The notes below the pieces were generated by a model. It saw only the letters and a program-made list of their open reading frames with translations. It made no database searches and was not told where the DNA came from. A program made the position numbers and the translations under genes. A stretch of DNA of 64,000 nucleotides from Acidobacteriota bacterium (lineage in GTDB: Bacteria > Acidobacteriota > UBA6911 > RPQK01 > JADFOI01). The stretch covers positions 8,465 through 72,464 of the forward strand of contig JAYZCG010000026.1 of NCBI GenBank assembly GCA_036338435.1, given 5' to 3'. Shown here in pieces: positions 30,735 through 40,604 of this stretch; the stretch's first letter is position 1; every line of letters begins with the position of its first letter.

Positions 30735-33203
30735 CTAGTTATTTTCAGGCTGGGGTTCGTGGATTAGTGTCCATACTTTCTTGGGGTTTAGAGGTAATTC
30801 ATTAATGTTGATTCCTAGGGGGCGCAAAGCGTCAGCGACAGCACTGGCAACAGCAGCAGGTGCCGTTTCGGTACTGCTTTCACCGGCACCCTTAGATCCG
30901 AGGGGGGTCAAGGGAGAAGGCGAACAGATGTGGCCAATATTAAGCTTCGGAGCTTCTACAGATGTGGGACATACATATTGCATGAAGTTGCCAGCTAACA
31001 TCTGTCCTTCATCGTCATAGCTCAGTTCTTCATAAAGGGCTCCACCAATACCATGCAGTGCTCCTCCATAAATTTGACCTTCCATCAGCATAGGATTTAT
31101 AACTGTTCCTGCATCATGCACGCTGAACCAGTCTATAATCTTCACCTCTCCTGAATCGCGGTCGACTTCTACAACACAAATTTCTGCCATAAACCCATAG
31201 GTATTGGATGAATTTACTCGATCCTGGGAATCGGGAGCCACGTTGGATGGAAAGCGGAAAACTGCACGGGCCTGAAGACCAGCCTCAATATCGTCTGGCA
31301 AAAGTTCTAGATTCCAGTGAGCTGTTCCGGCAACACGCTTAACAGTAATGCTTTTTTCTGAGTCACTCTTTGAAACTACAGTTCCACCTTCAATCACAAG
31401 ATCATCCTCAGATACAAGAAGTAAAGCAGAAGCGAGGCGAATGATTTTTTTCTTAAGCTTTCGAGCTGCCAAAACAGCCGCACTTGTTCCAACCGAAGCG
31501 AAGCGGCTAGCATAGGTTCCAGAAGAAATAAACCAGCCGTGTTTGGCTGTATCAAATTCATCAATTACCACAACATCTTCGGGTCTAATCCCTAACTCAT
31601 CGGCTACTATCTGACTAACAACTGTCTCATGCCCTTGTCCCTGAGGTGTGGTGTTCATGCTAACGCTAACCTTACCGCGTTGGTTCATCTGGATGGTGGC
31701 TGACTCGGCTGATCCTGACTTTGGGAGATAGCCAGGTTTGGCTCGGACTTCAGGGGGCAAGGCTACTGTAATGTAGCCCATATTAGAAACTGAAGGGTCT
31801 ATGCCTGTGGCAATTCCAATCCCGAAGAGTCGGTTTTCTTTCCTAGCCTCTTCTTGCTTTTGTCTAAGTTTCTCGTACTGGCTCATTTCTACTACTAGAT
31901 CCATCCCCTTCTGGTAGTTTCCGCTATCATAGATGCCTCCCATAGGAGTGGTGTAGGGGATCTCTTCTGCTGGGATCAGATTGCGACGCCGGACTTCTAT
32001 TGGGTCGAGATCAAGCTCTTCAGCGATATGATCCATCATCCGTTCCTGTTCAAAGTAAATTTGTTGGCATCCGTATCCACGGTTGGGTCCAGTGGGGCAT
32101 TTGTTGGTCATTACGTCGTAGGCATCAATGCGGACGTTTTGAACTTTGTAAGGGCCCACGAAGTTTCCAATAGGCCGAAAAGTACAGGCCGGTTCCGGAG
32201 CACGTAGATAGGCTCCCACATTCTCTATAACCTTGGACTTAATACCTGTAAGGGTGCCGTCGTTCTTAACTGCTACTTCCCGATAGGCGACACGATCAGT
32301 CTGACACGAACTGGCCAAGAGATGTTCCTGGCGGTCCTCGATCCATTTGACCGGTCGTCCTGCCTTTATTGCGGCGAGAGAAATAAGAACAATATAGGGA
32401 TAGATACTAGATTTGATTCCAAAGCTACCTCCGATGTCTGACGGGACAATGAAACGTAATTTGTTCTCATCGATATTTAATGCTCTCGCCGTAACAGCAT
32501 GCATACTAAAAGGGCCCATAAAGTTTGAGCGGACTGTAACAACGCCGGTGGTAGCATCGTGATCTGATATGACTGCATAGGTCTCTAAGGGAAGAGAACT
32601 ATAGCGAGGGAAAACAAAACGTTCTTTGAGAATTAAATCCGCTTCCGCAAAAGCGCCGTCCACATCTCCGTAGTCGAGCTCTCGATGGCACCCAATGTTG
32701 TTGCCTAACTCCTCATGTAAGATTGCTGCATCTGGATCTAATGCATCCTCGGGTTTGACGACAGGGGGTAGAGGGTCATATTCAACTTCAATGAGATCAA
32801 GGGCGTCTTCGGCCACATAGCGGTCTGAGGCTACCACTACTGCCACCGGTTCTCCCACATAGCGTACCTTGTCTACAGCGGCACTGTAATACTTGAAAGG
32901 GGCCACAACACCGACAGGGAAGGGTAAGGATTTATCCCCTACTTCGGCTCCCGTTAACACTGTTGTTACTCCTGGGTGAGCAAGAGCCTTGCTCGGGTCG
33001 ATAGAAATAATTCTAGCGTGAGGACGAGGGCTTCGTAGTATAGCTGCATGATGCATGTTGGGCATCTTGATGTCATCTACAAAGGTTCCCCGGCCAGTCA
33101 AAAGTCTCGGGTCTTCTCGACGTTTGACCGATTGCCCCACATATTTGCTAGTCTCCTGGGCTTCTTTCTTTGCCGTCTTGGTTTTAGGTGGTGCTACAAC
33201 CAT
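30735..33203 (-). CDS. Molybdenum hydroxylase large subunit (xanthine dehydrogenase/aldehyde oxidase family, molybdopterin-binding)
   Basis: 822 aa. N-terminal a/b hammerhead domain (GQSVKRREDPRLLTG) followed by the MoCo-binding domains. The form-I CODH VAYRCSFR signature is absent. Confidence 0.8.
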   Translation of the reverse strand: MVVAPPKTKTAKKEAQETSKYVGQSVKRREDPRLLTGRGTFVDDIKMPNMHHAAILRSPRPHARIISIDPSKALAHPGVTTVLTGAEVGDKSLPFPVGVVAPFKYYSAAVDKVRYVGEPVAVVVASDRYVAEDALDLIEVEYDPLPPVVKPEDALDPDAAILHEELGNNIGCHRELDYGDVDGAFAEADLILKERFVFPRYSSLPLETYAVISDHDATTGVVTVRSNFMGPFSMHAVTARALNIDENKLRFIVPSDIGGSFGIKSSIYPYIVLISLAAIKAGRPVKWIEDRQEHLLASSCQTDRVAYREVAVKNDGTLTGIKSKVIENVGAYLRAPEPACTFRPIGNFVGPYKVQNVRIDAYDVMTNKCPTGPNRGYGCQQIYFEQERMMDHIAEELDLDPIEVRRRNLIPAEEIPYTTPMGGIYDSGNYQKGMDLVVEMSQYEKLRQKQEEARKENRLFGIGIATGIDPSVSNMGYITVALPPEVRAKPGYLPKSGSAESATIQMNQRGKVSVSMNTTPQGQGHETVVSQIVADELGIRPEDVVVIDEFDTAKHGWFISSGTYASRFASVGTSAAVLAARKLKKKIIRLASALLLVSEDDLVIEGGTVVSKSDSEKSITVKRVAGTAHWNLELLPDDIEAGLQARAVFRFPSNVAPDSQDRVNSSNTYGFMAEICVVEVDRDSGEVKIIDWFSVHDAGTVINPMLMEGQIYGGALHGIGGALYEELSYDDEGQMLAGNFMQYVCPTSVEAPKLNIGHICSPSPLTPLGSKGAGESSTETAPAAVASAVADALRPLGININELPLNPKKVWTLIHEPQPENN

Positions 33204-33351
33204 TAGAGTGACCTCGAGATTTTGCTGTGAAAATTGCTTTTGAAATCCAAACTCATGCCATGTTCGAGAAGTAGAAAGATACCGTTTGTCCAGTTTCTAG
33301 TCAAGCCAAGACTACAGGTGAAGAGGGCACCAATTGGCAGATTTAAATCTC

Positions 33352-35145
33352 TTAATCTTCCACAGTGATGCCATCATTTTTTCTTTGATGTATCGGGAAT
33401 TGGATAGACGAGGGATAGCGGCTATCATGGTAAATGCGGTTGTGAGCCGTAACAGCATGAGTGACTAAATGCATAGGCTCGGCTGTCCCCGGATTGGGCA
33501 GGTAGGATGGAAAACTGCTGGAGGCAATGCTAATTCTTATACGATGTCCAGTCTTGAAAAGGTTGGCGATTGCATCCAACGCAAAAGAAAATTCGTAGAC
33601 TTGACCGGGCTTGAGAAGAGATTCTTTTTCTTGGCTTAATCGATAGCGGCCACGTATAACATTTTGTCGTAAAAGCGCAGAGTATCCATTAGGGTACACA
33701 TCGGTCAGAGTGAGGACGAAGTCGGTGTCTGGAGCTGAGGAAGAAGCGAAGAAGCGGGCTTGGATCTCACCAACAACTTCTAAGTCTTGCTGCAGAGGAT
33801 CAGTGGTAAAGGTAAGTATTCTAGATTCAGCTGGTCTATTATCTTGAGGGCCCATTGTCCACATTCTTCCATATCCCCCATGGCCGCCAATTGTGGGGAT
33901 TGGATTGTATGGATCATGTACATACTCATCTGGTTTTTCAGAGGTTGGCGGGAGTTTCAGAAGTCGGCCGTCATTAAGGGACCCACTAGGTTTTCCTGTA
34001 CCCGATCGGAAATAGTAAGGGACATAAGTTGTGTCTGGTAGAGGCCAGGTGTCTCCTTCTAACCACTGGTCCGCTCCCATCAAGTAGATGCGCAGAGCCG
34101 GTTCGTCCATGATGCCTGTGTCAAGGTCTTTTAACCAGTAGTCGAACCAGCGCAATTGTAGCTTCTGACGGTCAATTTTAGCGGCAGGGCCAAAATAGGC
34201 AGTATCAGTTTCTGGAGGAAGGTCTCCACCGTGAACCCATGGGCCCATAATCACTTTTTGGGATTCTCGGGTTCTCTGAGAATGTCCCTCTTGGCTAATT
34301 TGATTAAAGTTTTGAAACGACCAACGGACGTAACGGTCATACCAGCCGCTTTCATGGTAAATTGGGACATCAAAATCTGTATAGCGAGTGGCAGGATCAA
34401 TGTCTCTCCAGTAATCATCGTAGGTGTTGTGAACAAATTGTTCAACGATTTCTGGGTGTAGAAAGCTGGCAATAAAGGGAAGTCGTGTTTGTTTCCAGGC
34501 AGCAAGCCAAGCCGCGTAATCTGCTGTTGTGCGAAGAGGCCGAGGTACTGCATTGTTGTTATAGTGCCATGTGGGTCCTGCCGAGGTATGAACCCCGCGC
34601 TCCATTCGTCCACCTATGCGGTGGTGAGCAGCATAACTGGCAAACATGGCATACAAAGAGGGAGGACGTGTAGGAGCTGTGGACAGTTGCCATTGAGCGT
34701 CTGAGGAAATCCCGTAGGTTCCAATTTTACCATTCGACCAGGATTGTTGTGCGGCCCACTCAATGGTGTCGTATCCGTCAGGATGTTCCAGCCACCCTTC
34801 ATTTCTAGCTTGATGAAAAATGCCTTCGGACCCAAAGCGACCCCGTTGACTGACAATTAAGACCGCATAACCATTGGTTGTAAAAACCTTGGCTGCTTCT
34901 TTGCCCCTTTCCCTTGAGTAGGGAGTTTTCCTAACTAGTGTTGGAAAAGGACCGGCGGCGGTGGGTAGGTAAAGATCAGCAGCTAGGTAGATCCCGTCTC
35001 GCATCTCCACCCGAACTTCCTGGTGGTTTGCTTCAAGGCTCGTTACCTTGACCGGCACAGGCTTATCAGGCTCACTCAGAGTGAGCAAACTGACGGCGAC
35101 AATAGCAATAATCCAACCCAAGGCAGAGAGCCACTGCCTGATCAT
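33352..35145 (-). CDS. CocE/NonD family hydrolase (S15 X-Pro dipeptidyl-peptidase-like), secreted
   Basis: 597 aa. Signal or TM anchor. N-terminal a/b hydrolase domain and C-terminal beta-sandwich typical of the family. Catalytic Ser motif looks atypical (GISSD). Confidence 0.55.
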   Translation of the reverse strand: MIRQWLSALGWIIAIVAVSLLTLSEPDKPVPVKVTSLEANHQEVRVEMRDGIYLAADLYLPTAAGPFPTLVRKTPYSRERGKEAAKVFTTNGYAVLIVSQRGRFGSEGIFHQARNEGWLEHPDGYDTIEWAAQQSWSNGKIGTYGISSDAQWQLSTAPTRPPSLYAMFASYAAHHRIGGRMERGVHTSAGPTWHYNNNAVPRPLRTTADYAAWLAAWKQTRLPFIASFLHPEIVEQFVHNTYDDYWRDIDPATRYTDFDVPIYHESGWYDRYVRWSFQNFNQISQEGHSQRTRESQKVIMGPWVHGGDLPPETDTAYFGPAAKIDRQKLQLRWFDYWLKDLDTGIMDEPALRIYLMGADQWLEGDTWPLPDTTYVPYYFRSGTGKPSGSLNDGRLLKLPPTSEKPDEYVHDPYNPIPTIGGHGGYGRMWTMGPQDNRPAESRILTFTTDPLQQDLEVVGEIQARFFASSSAPDTDFVLTLTDVYPNGYSALLRQNVIRGRYRLSQEKESLLKPGQVYEFSFALDAIANLFKTGHRIRISIASSSFPSYLPNPGTAEPMHLVTHAVTAHNRIYHDSRYPSSIQFPIHQRKNDGITVED

Positions 35146-35188
35146 AGACTGCTCCTAAAATCAGATTCTTCTTAACTTTAAGCAAATA

Positions 35189-35728
35189 TCAGGCGGTTGT
35201 GAAATTAACAGATAGACGTGCGGTTCCCCATTCCAAGACCAATATGCCAGTATTATTCTCGGTCGTAAGCTCAATCGTCAATTGTTCAACTGCCTCAGTA
35301 TTTTTACTTATTGAACCAGGTCGTGAAACCAAGATGGTATCGGGATCTGGTTGGCGGCGCGAGGGAGCCGTGGCTAGCACTAACGACCAGCGTTCGGAAT
35401 CCTCGAAATGAGCCCACAGAACGTACTCTCCTTTTGGGACCGTAGTATCACCAAAGAGAAGATCGACTTCGGTATTTAGGGTAGTTGGTCCATCAGCACC
35501 CATTCTCCAGTAGAGCCCTGGTTGGACCATGGAAAGAAGATCACGACCTTTTGCTAGGGGTCTGTGATATTCGACGCTAACTTCTCCATTTGCCAGCGTC
35601 ACATGGGCATGACCATGATCGTTCCCGTGGCCCAAGGCAAACGCGGTTGCCAGCAGTATCAAAGCAAAGATGCCTGTTGATATTTTTTTATATGCTCGTG
35701 AACCCATCGATACCTCCTCAAGTGCCAA
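35189..35728 (-). CDS. Secreted hypothetical protein (DUF2911-like)
   Basis: 179 aa. Signal peptide. His-rich N-terminal stretch GHGNDHGHAHV. Beta-rich. Confidence 0.35.
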   Translation of the reverse strand: MALEEVSMGSRAYKKISTGIFALILLATAFALGHGNDHGHAHVTLANGEVSVEYHRPLAKGRDLLSMVQPGLYWRMGADGPTTLNTEVDLLFGDTTVPKGEYVLWAHFEDSERWSLVLATAPSRRQPDPDTILVSRPGSISKNTEAVEQLTIELTTENNTGILVLEWGTARLSVNFTTA

Positions 35729-35790
35729 TCAAAATACAGGTAAAATAGTGTGAAGGAGTATATCGTAGGAGGTGTGTCTGGGCAATAATT

Positions 35791-37215
35791 TTAAACGTCA
35801 ATTTCCGGGAGGATAGGGTCGGGTTGGCAGTGTTCTCGAACTTGGGAGTACCAGTACATGGATCGAAGTGCCTTTATGGCTCTCAGAGTACTTTCGAATA
35901 CAGGCATATTGAGGCCGTCGATATCGTGTAGCCACTTCTGTTTTACTTCGCCACCCAAGATGACCGTCAAGAGAGGCTTGTGGGGTTGCTGTCTGCTGGC
36001 TGCCTTGTAGATATCACGCATACCATCAAAGTCGGCATTGGAAAGAGCCAAGAGGATAACGAGAACTGCGTCGGTATTGTCATCATTAAGGACGGACAGA
36101 ATCCCTTCCTCATGGACAAGCCTGTTGCCAGCACCGAGTGATGCCCATAGATCCAGCGGATGTAAAGGTGGTTGCCAGGGAGGGAGGAACTCCTTAATTC
36201 TGCTTAGTGTGGAATCGGTAAGTTTAGATAGTTGTAGTTCGTGATGATGTAATTCATCAGATGCCATAACACCGTTTGCTCCACTAAAGGTTACAATTCC
36301 GACACGGTTTCCTCTTGGTAGAGGTAGGTACGAGAATGCTTTCATATAGTCAATAAATTCAGGTAAGTCATCAGCGCGAACCAAGCCATACTGGCGGAAT
36401 GCGTGATCCACTAGCTGATCGTCTACTGCCAGGGAGCCGGTATGAGAGGCGGAGGCTCGAGCTCCGAGGTCGGTTCGTCCCGGTTTCAGAACTATAATGG
36501 GCTTGTCGACCTTAACTTGATTGGCTAAGGATAGAAAGGAACGTGGACGTTTGAGCCCTTCTAGATGTAACGCTATGACTTTGGTAGAAGGATCCTTCCA
36601 TGCATATTCAATAAAGTCAGTTTCATCCAAATCAATCTTGTTGCCAAAGGCGATGCTTTTGCAGATCCCAATGCGTTGAACTGTTCGAGCCATTAACTCA
36701 TCGGCTACCGCACCTCCAAAGATACCGGATTGTGCCGCTAGTGCTATGGGGCCATCCTGCCAACTGGTAAATAGCACAAAACTTGCTACCAAACTGGCCT
36801 GCATATTAATGAATCCAATGGTGTTGGGTCCGATGCAACGAATGCCAGATTTTGCAATCAGTGTGCTTAGCTTGGCCTCTGCCTCTGCTCCTTTCTCCCC
36901 AACCTCACTGAATCCTGCAGCAACAATAACGGCGGCTTTAACCTTTTTTTGCGTGCAGTGTTCAAAAAGATCTTCTATGTATTGTCCGGGTAAGAGAAAA
37001 AAGATGAGATCAATGTTGCCCGGGACATCCAGGATAGATTTATAGGCTACATGGCCCAGGATTTCATCAGCATGAGGATTAATTGGGTAGATTTTACCTT
37101 TGTAATCGTTAGAGACAATGCTCTTGAGTAGGACGTGCCCAGACTTTTCCGGATTTGTCGAGGCCCCAATGACTGCAAGAGATCGGGGTTCTAACAAGGC
37201 AGCAATATCGTTCAT
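35791..37215 (-). CDS. CoA-binding domain protein of the NDP-forming acyl-CoA synthetase alpha-subunit family, with no ATP-grasp partner nearby
   Basis: 474 aa. N-terminal CoA-binding Rossmann (SLAVIGAST) and succinyl-CoA-synthetase-like flavodoxin domain. Confidence 0.55.
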   Translation of the reverse strand: MNDIAALLEPRSLAVIGASTNPEKSGHVLLKSIVSNDYKGKIYPINPHADEILGHVAYKSILDVPGNIDLIFFLLPGQYIEDLFEHCTQKKVKAAVIVAAGFSEVGEKGAEAEAKLSTLIAKSGIRCIGPNTIGFINMQASLVASFVLFTSWQDGPIALAAQSGIFGGAVADELMARTVQRIGICKSIAFGNKIDLDETDFIEYAWKDPSTKVIALHLEGLKRPRSFLSLANQVKVDKPIIVLKPGRTDLGARASASHTGSLAVDDQLVDHAFRQYGLVRADDLPEFIDYMKAFSYLPLPRGNRVGIVTFSGANGVMASDELHHHELQLSKLTDSTLSRIKEFLPPWQPPLHPLDLWASLGAGNRLVHEEGILSVLNDDNTDAVLVILLALSNADFDGMRDIYKAASRQQPHKPLLTVILGGEVKQKWLHDIDGLNMPVFESTLRAIKALRSMYWYSQVREHCQPDPILPEIDV

Positions 37216-37269
37216 GTCAATGGGTGACTATTTTCCAATTGAACTTCAAGTCAGCAGAGGTATCACAAA

Positions 37270-38016
37270 CTAGTGCATTAGCTGACCACCGTCGATATTG
37301 AGGGTCTGGCCGGTAATGAAGTCAGCCTGAGCTGAAGCCAAAAACATCACCGCCCCGACCAAATCTCCAGGTTGTTGCTGGCGGTGAATGGAGCGAGCCG
37401 TAATTCTTGATTCTAACATCTCTTCTGAATAGTGGGCCTTTACACCTTCTGTAGAGGTCAGGCCAGGGGTAATGGCATTAACCGTAATACCTTCGGTCCC
37501 AATTTCTCGAGCTAGTGCACGTGTAAAGCCGATCGCCGCTCCCTTGGAAGTCACATAGTGTAGAATTCCGGGAACACCGCTCAGAGAGGTATTTGAAGAT
37601 AGATTGACAATGCGTCCCCATCCATTCTCTTTCATGTATGGGACCACCGCTCGTGCCGCCAGAAAATAGCCTTTAACGTTAACTGCCATCACCTTATCCC
37701 ACTCTTCCACTGGGATTTGATCCCAAGGTTTCATTGGAAGAATTGCTGTCCATAGAGATGCGTTGTTGATAAGGACGTCAATTCGACCAAATGCATCATG
37801 AGCGGCCTTAGCCATTGCCTTGGTACTAGATTCATCCGCTACATCAGTGTGGACGGCAAGCCCATCAATTTCTTTTGCAACAGTTTCCGCGGCTTGGTCT
37901 GCGATATCAGCCACTACTACTTTGGCACCGGCCTCGGCGAAACCTCGCGAAAAAGCTTCACCCAATCCGAGGCCCCCTCCTGTTACCACTACAACGCGCC
38001 CGTCAAATTCTCCCAT
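37270..38016 (-). CDS. Short-chain dehydrogenase/reductase (SDR)
   Basis: 248 aa. TGGGLGLG cofactor motif, catalytic YxxxK (YVTSK). Confidence 0.7.
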   Translation of the reverse strand: MGEFDGRVVVVTGGGLGLGEAFSRGFAEAGAKVVVADIADQAAETVAKEIDGLAVHTDVADESSTKAMAKAAHDAFGRIDVLINNASLWTAILPMKPWDQIPVEEWDKVMAVNVKGYFLAARAVVPYMKENGWGRIVNLSSNTSLSGVPGILHYVTSKGAAIGFTRALAREIGTEGITVNAITPGLTSTEGVKAHYSEEMLESRITARSIHRQQQPGDLVGAVMFLASAQADFITGQTLNIDGGQLMH

Positions 38017-38242
38017 TTCTATCTCCTATTCCAAATGACATAAACATGCAGCTTAATGAAACATAGGGACTGCTGCGTCCTGAGAGTTGCAACTGTTGGT
38101 TTAATTTAGAATGCTCGAAGTTAGTAGACCTTAACGGGTATGTCAAGGGAAAAGGGGTACTTGTTTTTTGTTTCATTTGAGATATATGTTTAAAGCTAAA
38201 GCGATTCTAGACAAATGGCTATAACTTGTCAGGAGGAATGAC

Positions 38243-38998
38243 ATGCATGTTCAAGGTAAGGTGGCTCTAGTTATGGGTGGAGGAAGTGGAATTGGGCGTG
38301 CTTCAGCGCTCGCTCTTGCGCGCCATGGCGCTTCAGTTGTCGTGGGAGATCTTGTTGCCAAACGGGCGGAAGATGTGGTTCGGGAAATCATAGAAAATGG
38401 GTTTACCGCCTTGGGTTCTGAAGTGGACGTAACCCAACTCCAGCAAGTAAGTGACCTAGTTGAGAAAACGATTGAGTCATTTGGCCAGATAGACCTCCTG
38501 ATCAATTCTGCAGGAATCTTCCCTCAGGCCATGGTTCAGGACCTGGAAGAAGAGGAATGGGATAAGGTGATGGCAGTCAATTTGAAAGGGACATTTTTAA
38601 CTTGTAGAGAAGTAGTAGGCCACATGATTACCAACCAAAGTGGAAGGATTATTAATATCTCTGCTGGACATGGGGGCCGAGGCGTTGTCAAAGGTGCCCA
38701 CTATGCGGCGTCTAAGGCAGGGGTTAACTCCCTGACAAAGACCCTAGCTCTAGAAGTGGCTGAGCATGGTATTTTAGTCAATGCTATTGCCCCTGGACCC
38801 GTCGATACACCCTTGCCTCGTGGCGGCAGGCTCTATACTGAGGAGGAAAAACAAAAAATGGGGGAGCAACTTCCTCTTGGTAGGATCGGGAGAGTTGAAG
38901 ATTTGGCATCGATGGTTTTGTTTTTGGCCTCAGATGATTGCAAATGGTTCACGGGACAGATTGTTTACCATAATGGTGGGGATCTGATGTTGGGTTAG
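38243..38998 (+). CDS. Short-chain dehydrogenase/reductase (FabG-like SDR)
   Basis: 251 aa. GGGSGIG motif, NSAG, YAASK catalytic motif. Confidence 0.75.
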   Translation: MHVQGKVALVMGGGSGIGRASALALARHGASVVVGDLVAKRAEDVVREIIENGFTALGSEVDVTQLQQVSDLVEKTIESFGQIDLLINSAGIFPQAMVQDLEEEEWDKVMAVNLKGTFLTCREVVGHMITNQSGRIINISAGHGGRGVVKGAHYAASKAGVNSLTKTLALEVAEHGILVNAIAPGPVDTPLPRGGRLYTEEEKQKMGEQLPLGRIGRVEDLASMVLFLASDDCKWFTGQIVYHNGGDLMLG

Positions 38999-39038
38999 CA
39001 ATGCAAAAGGCTGGTGCTCTGGGCGGGCATCAGGCATA

Positions 39039-39524
39039 ATGGTCGGACCCATGGGGGATAAACCATCCCTTTTTCGTAAAGCTGTAGTTATGAAAAGTGT
39101 TAGCCAGTTACTGGAAGAAAAGGATTACGATGTATGGTCAGTATCTCCAGAGAGCTCTATCTTTGATGGCCTCAAGTTAATGGCTGAAAAAAATATTGGT
39201 GCGTTATTAGTGGTTGATTCTGGCAATTTAATAGGTATTTTTTCCGAAAGGGACTACGCTCGAAAGATAGCGTTGAAGGGGAAAACATCGCATGAGACAT
39301 CAGTAAGAGAGATCATGACTAAGAAAGTAGCTTCCGTTAGGCCTGACCAATCTATTCAAGAATGTATGGAACTGATGACAGAGAAGCATATTCGGCATCT
39401 ACCCGTGTTGGAAAATGAACAGTTAGTGGGAGTAATTTCGATTGGTGATGTTGTAAAAGCTGTTATTTCGGAGCAGGCATTTATCATAGAACAGCTAGAG
39501 AATTATATCGCAGGTAGTCGGTAG
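39039..39524 (+). CDS. CBS-domain pair protein
   Basis: 161 aa. Two CBS motifs (…ALLVVDSGNLIGIFSERD… and …HLPVLENEQLVGVISIGDV…). Confidence 0.65.
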   Translation: MVGPMGDKPSLFRKAVVMKSVSQLLEEKDYDVWSVSPESSIFDGLKLMAEKNIGALLVVDSGNLIGIFSERDYARKIALKGKTSHETSVREIMTKKVASVRPDQSIQECMELMTEKHIRHLPVLENEQLVGVISIGDVVKAVISEQAFIIEQLENYIAGSR

Positions 39525-39589
39525 TCTTATTTGTTTGTATCCCAGTCAGTCCCATTGCAGCCAGTAGAGTTGCTAGAAGTTCTATGTCG

Positions 39590-40078
39590 TTAAATTTCCG
39601 CAAAAAAGGCCTGTGCCATAAATCCAATCAAGAGCATGAGAAATAATGTGAGGGTCCATCGGACGGCTGTAAATCGCCAGCCTAGATAACGCATTTCCCA
39701 AACTGCAGTTAATAGGCTCAGACCTGCCCAACCATTGATCAGGGCAATGGTAGCTCCTAGCCCAATACCCAAATCACGAAAGCTGCTCATTAGAGGGAGG
39801 ATAACGTAAGGTCCTCCAGAAAAAAGTGTTCCGATACCCAAGGCCAGGAGTAATCCACTCCAGGATGAATCGGGACCGATCCAGTTCTGAAGGCCACTCT
39901 CAGGAACTAAAATGGTGATATATCCGACGGTTATGAAAGCTAAAACAAGGAGAGGTAAGGTGCTGCGCAAGGTCAACCATCCTTGCAGAAGGCCTTGCCA
40001 ATGGCCACCATTTCGCCATCGCGTGTACATCCAAAGCGCTGTAGCTAGCGCCACCATAATAAGAGTTGCAATATTCAA
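39590..40078 (-). CDS. Half-size permease, second of the tandem paralogous pair
   Basis: 162 aa, about 4 TM helices. GTLFSGGPYVILP loop paralogous to the upstream half. 4-nt ATGA overlap indicates translational coupling. Confidence 0.45.
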   Translation of the reverse strand: MNIATLIMVALATALWMYTRWRNGGHWQGLLQGWLTLRSTLPLLVLAFITVGYITILVPESGLQNWIGPDSSWSGLLLALGIGTLFSGGPYVILPLMSSFRDLGIGLGATIALINGWAGLSLLTAVWEMRYLGWRFTAVRWTLTLFLMLLIGFMAQAFFAEI

Positions 40079-40602
40079 GGGTTTAAGCTTTCACGAATGT
40101 TTTCTTCTTGGTGTCCTAATAATATTTGAGTTGCAAAACCCAGGAGGGGAGGCACTAATAGGGTTACAGCAAAGCGTACTAGAGTTAATTTTGGTCCTAG
40201 CAGAGCAAATTCAAGTGGTAGGCGGGCTAGAGCCAAGAGGTTCTTGGCAGAGATGAAGGCAACAACAACTCCTAAGCTAGCACCTGCACGAAAGAGCGCT
40301 GTGGCGATGGGATAGTAAACAAAGGGTCCTCCTGGTATAAGTGATCCACTAGCACAGGCCAGGAAAATACCTCGCCACCCAGATTTTTTGCCTAGCCATC
40401 GTGATACATCTTCCCGGGTCAAAACTACCTGGATGAGACCGGCAATGAGAAAAGCTGAAAAAAGTAGAGGTGACATCCGCACAAGCGTCCATAGTCCACG
40501 GAATAAACCATCTTGAACTAATTCCCATCCTCCTCGGGTCCAGGACAGACCTGCCAGTAGTAGTACCACACCTGCTAGTATTCGAGTGGTTCGTTCACCC
40601 AT
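40075..40602 (-). CDS. Half-size permease, first of a tandem paralogous pair (YraQ/DUF318-like permease family)
   Basis: 175 aa, about 4 TM helices. CASGSLIPGGPFVYYP loop. Confidence 0.45.
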   Translation of the reverse strand: MGERTTRILAGVVLLLAGLSWTRGGWELVQDGLFRGLWTLVRMSPLLFSAFLIAGLIQVVLTREDVSRWLGKKSGWRGIFLACASGSLIPGGPFVYYPIATALFRAGASLGVVVAFISAKNLLALARLPLEFALLGPKLTLVRFAVTLLVPPLLGFATQILLGHQEENIRESLNP

Positions 40603-40604
40603 TT

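Noticed and set aside
33352-35145. Possibility that the CocE/NonD-like hydrolase is catalytically inactive (nucleophile motif reads GISSD rather than GxSYxG)
   Set aside because: Without an alignment I cannot place the catalytic serine reliably, so this is left as a note rather than a finding.
922-38066. Numerous 60-170 aa antisense or internal ORFs inside large genes (e.g. 922-1155, 3997-4290, 9708-10112, 29883-30401, 36746-37045, 37798-38066)
   Set aside because: They are embedded in confidently assigned genes on the opposite strand or frame and carry no motifs. They are typical six-frame noise.
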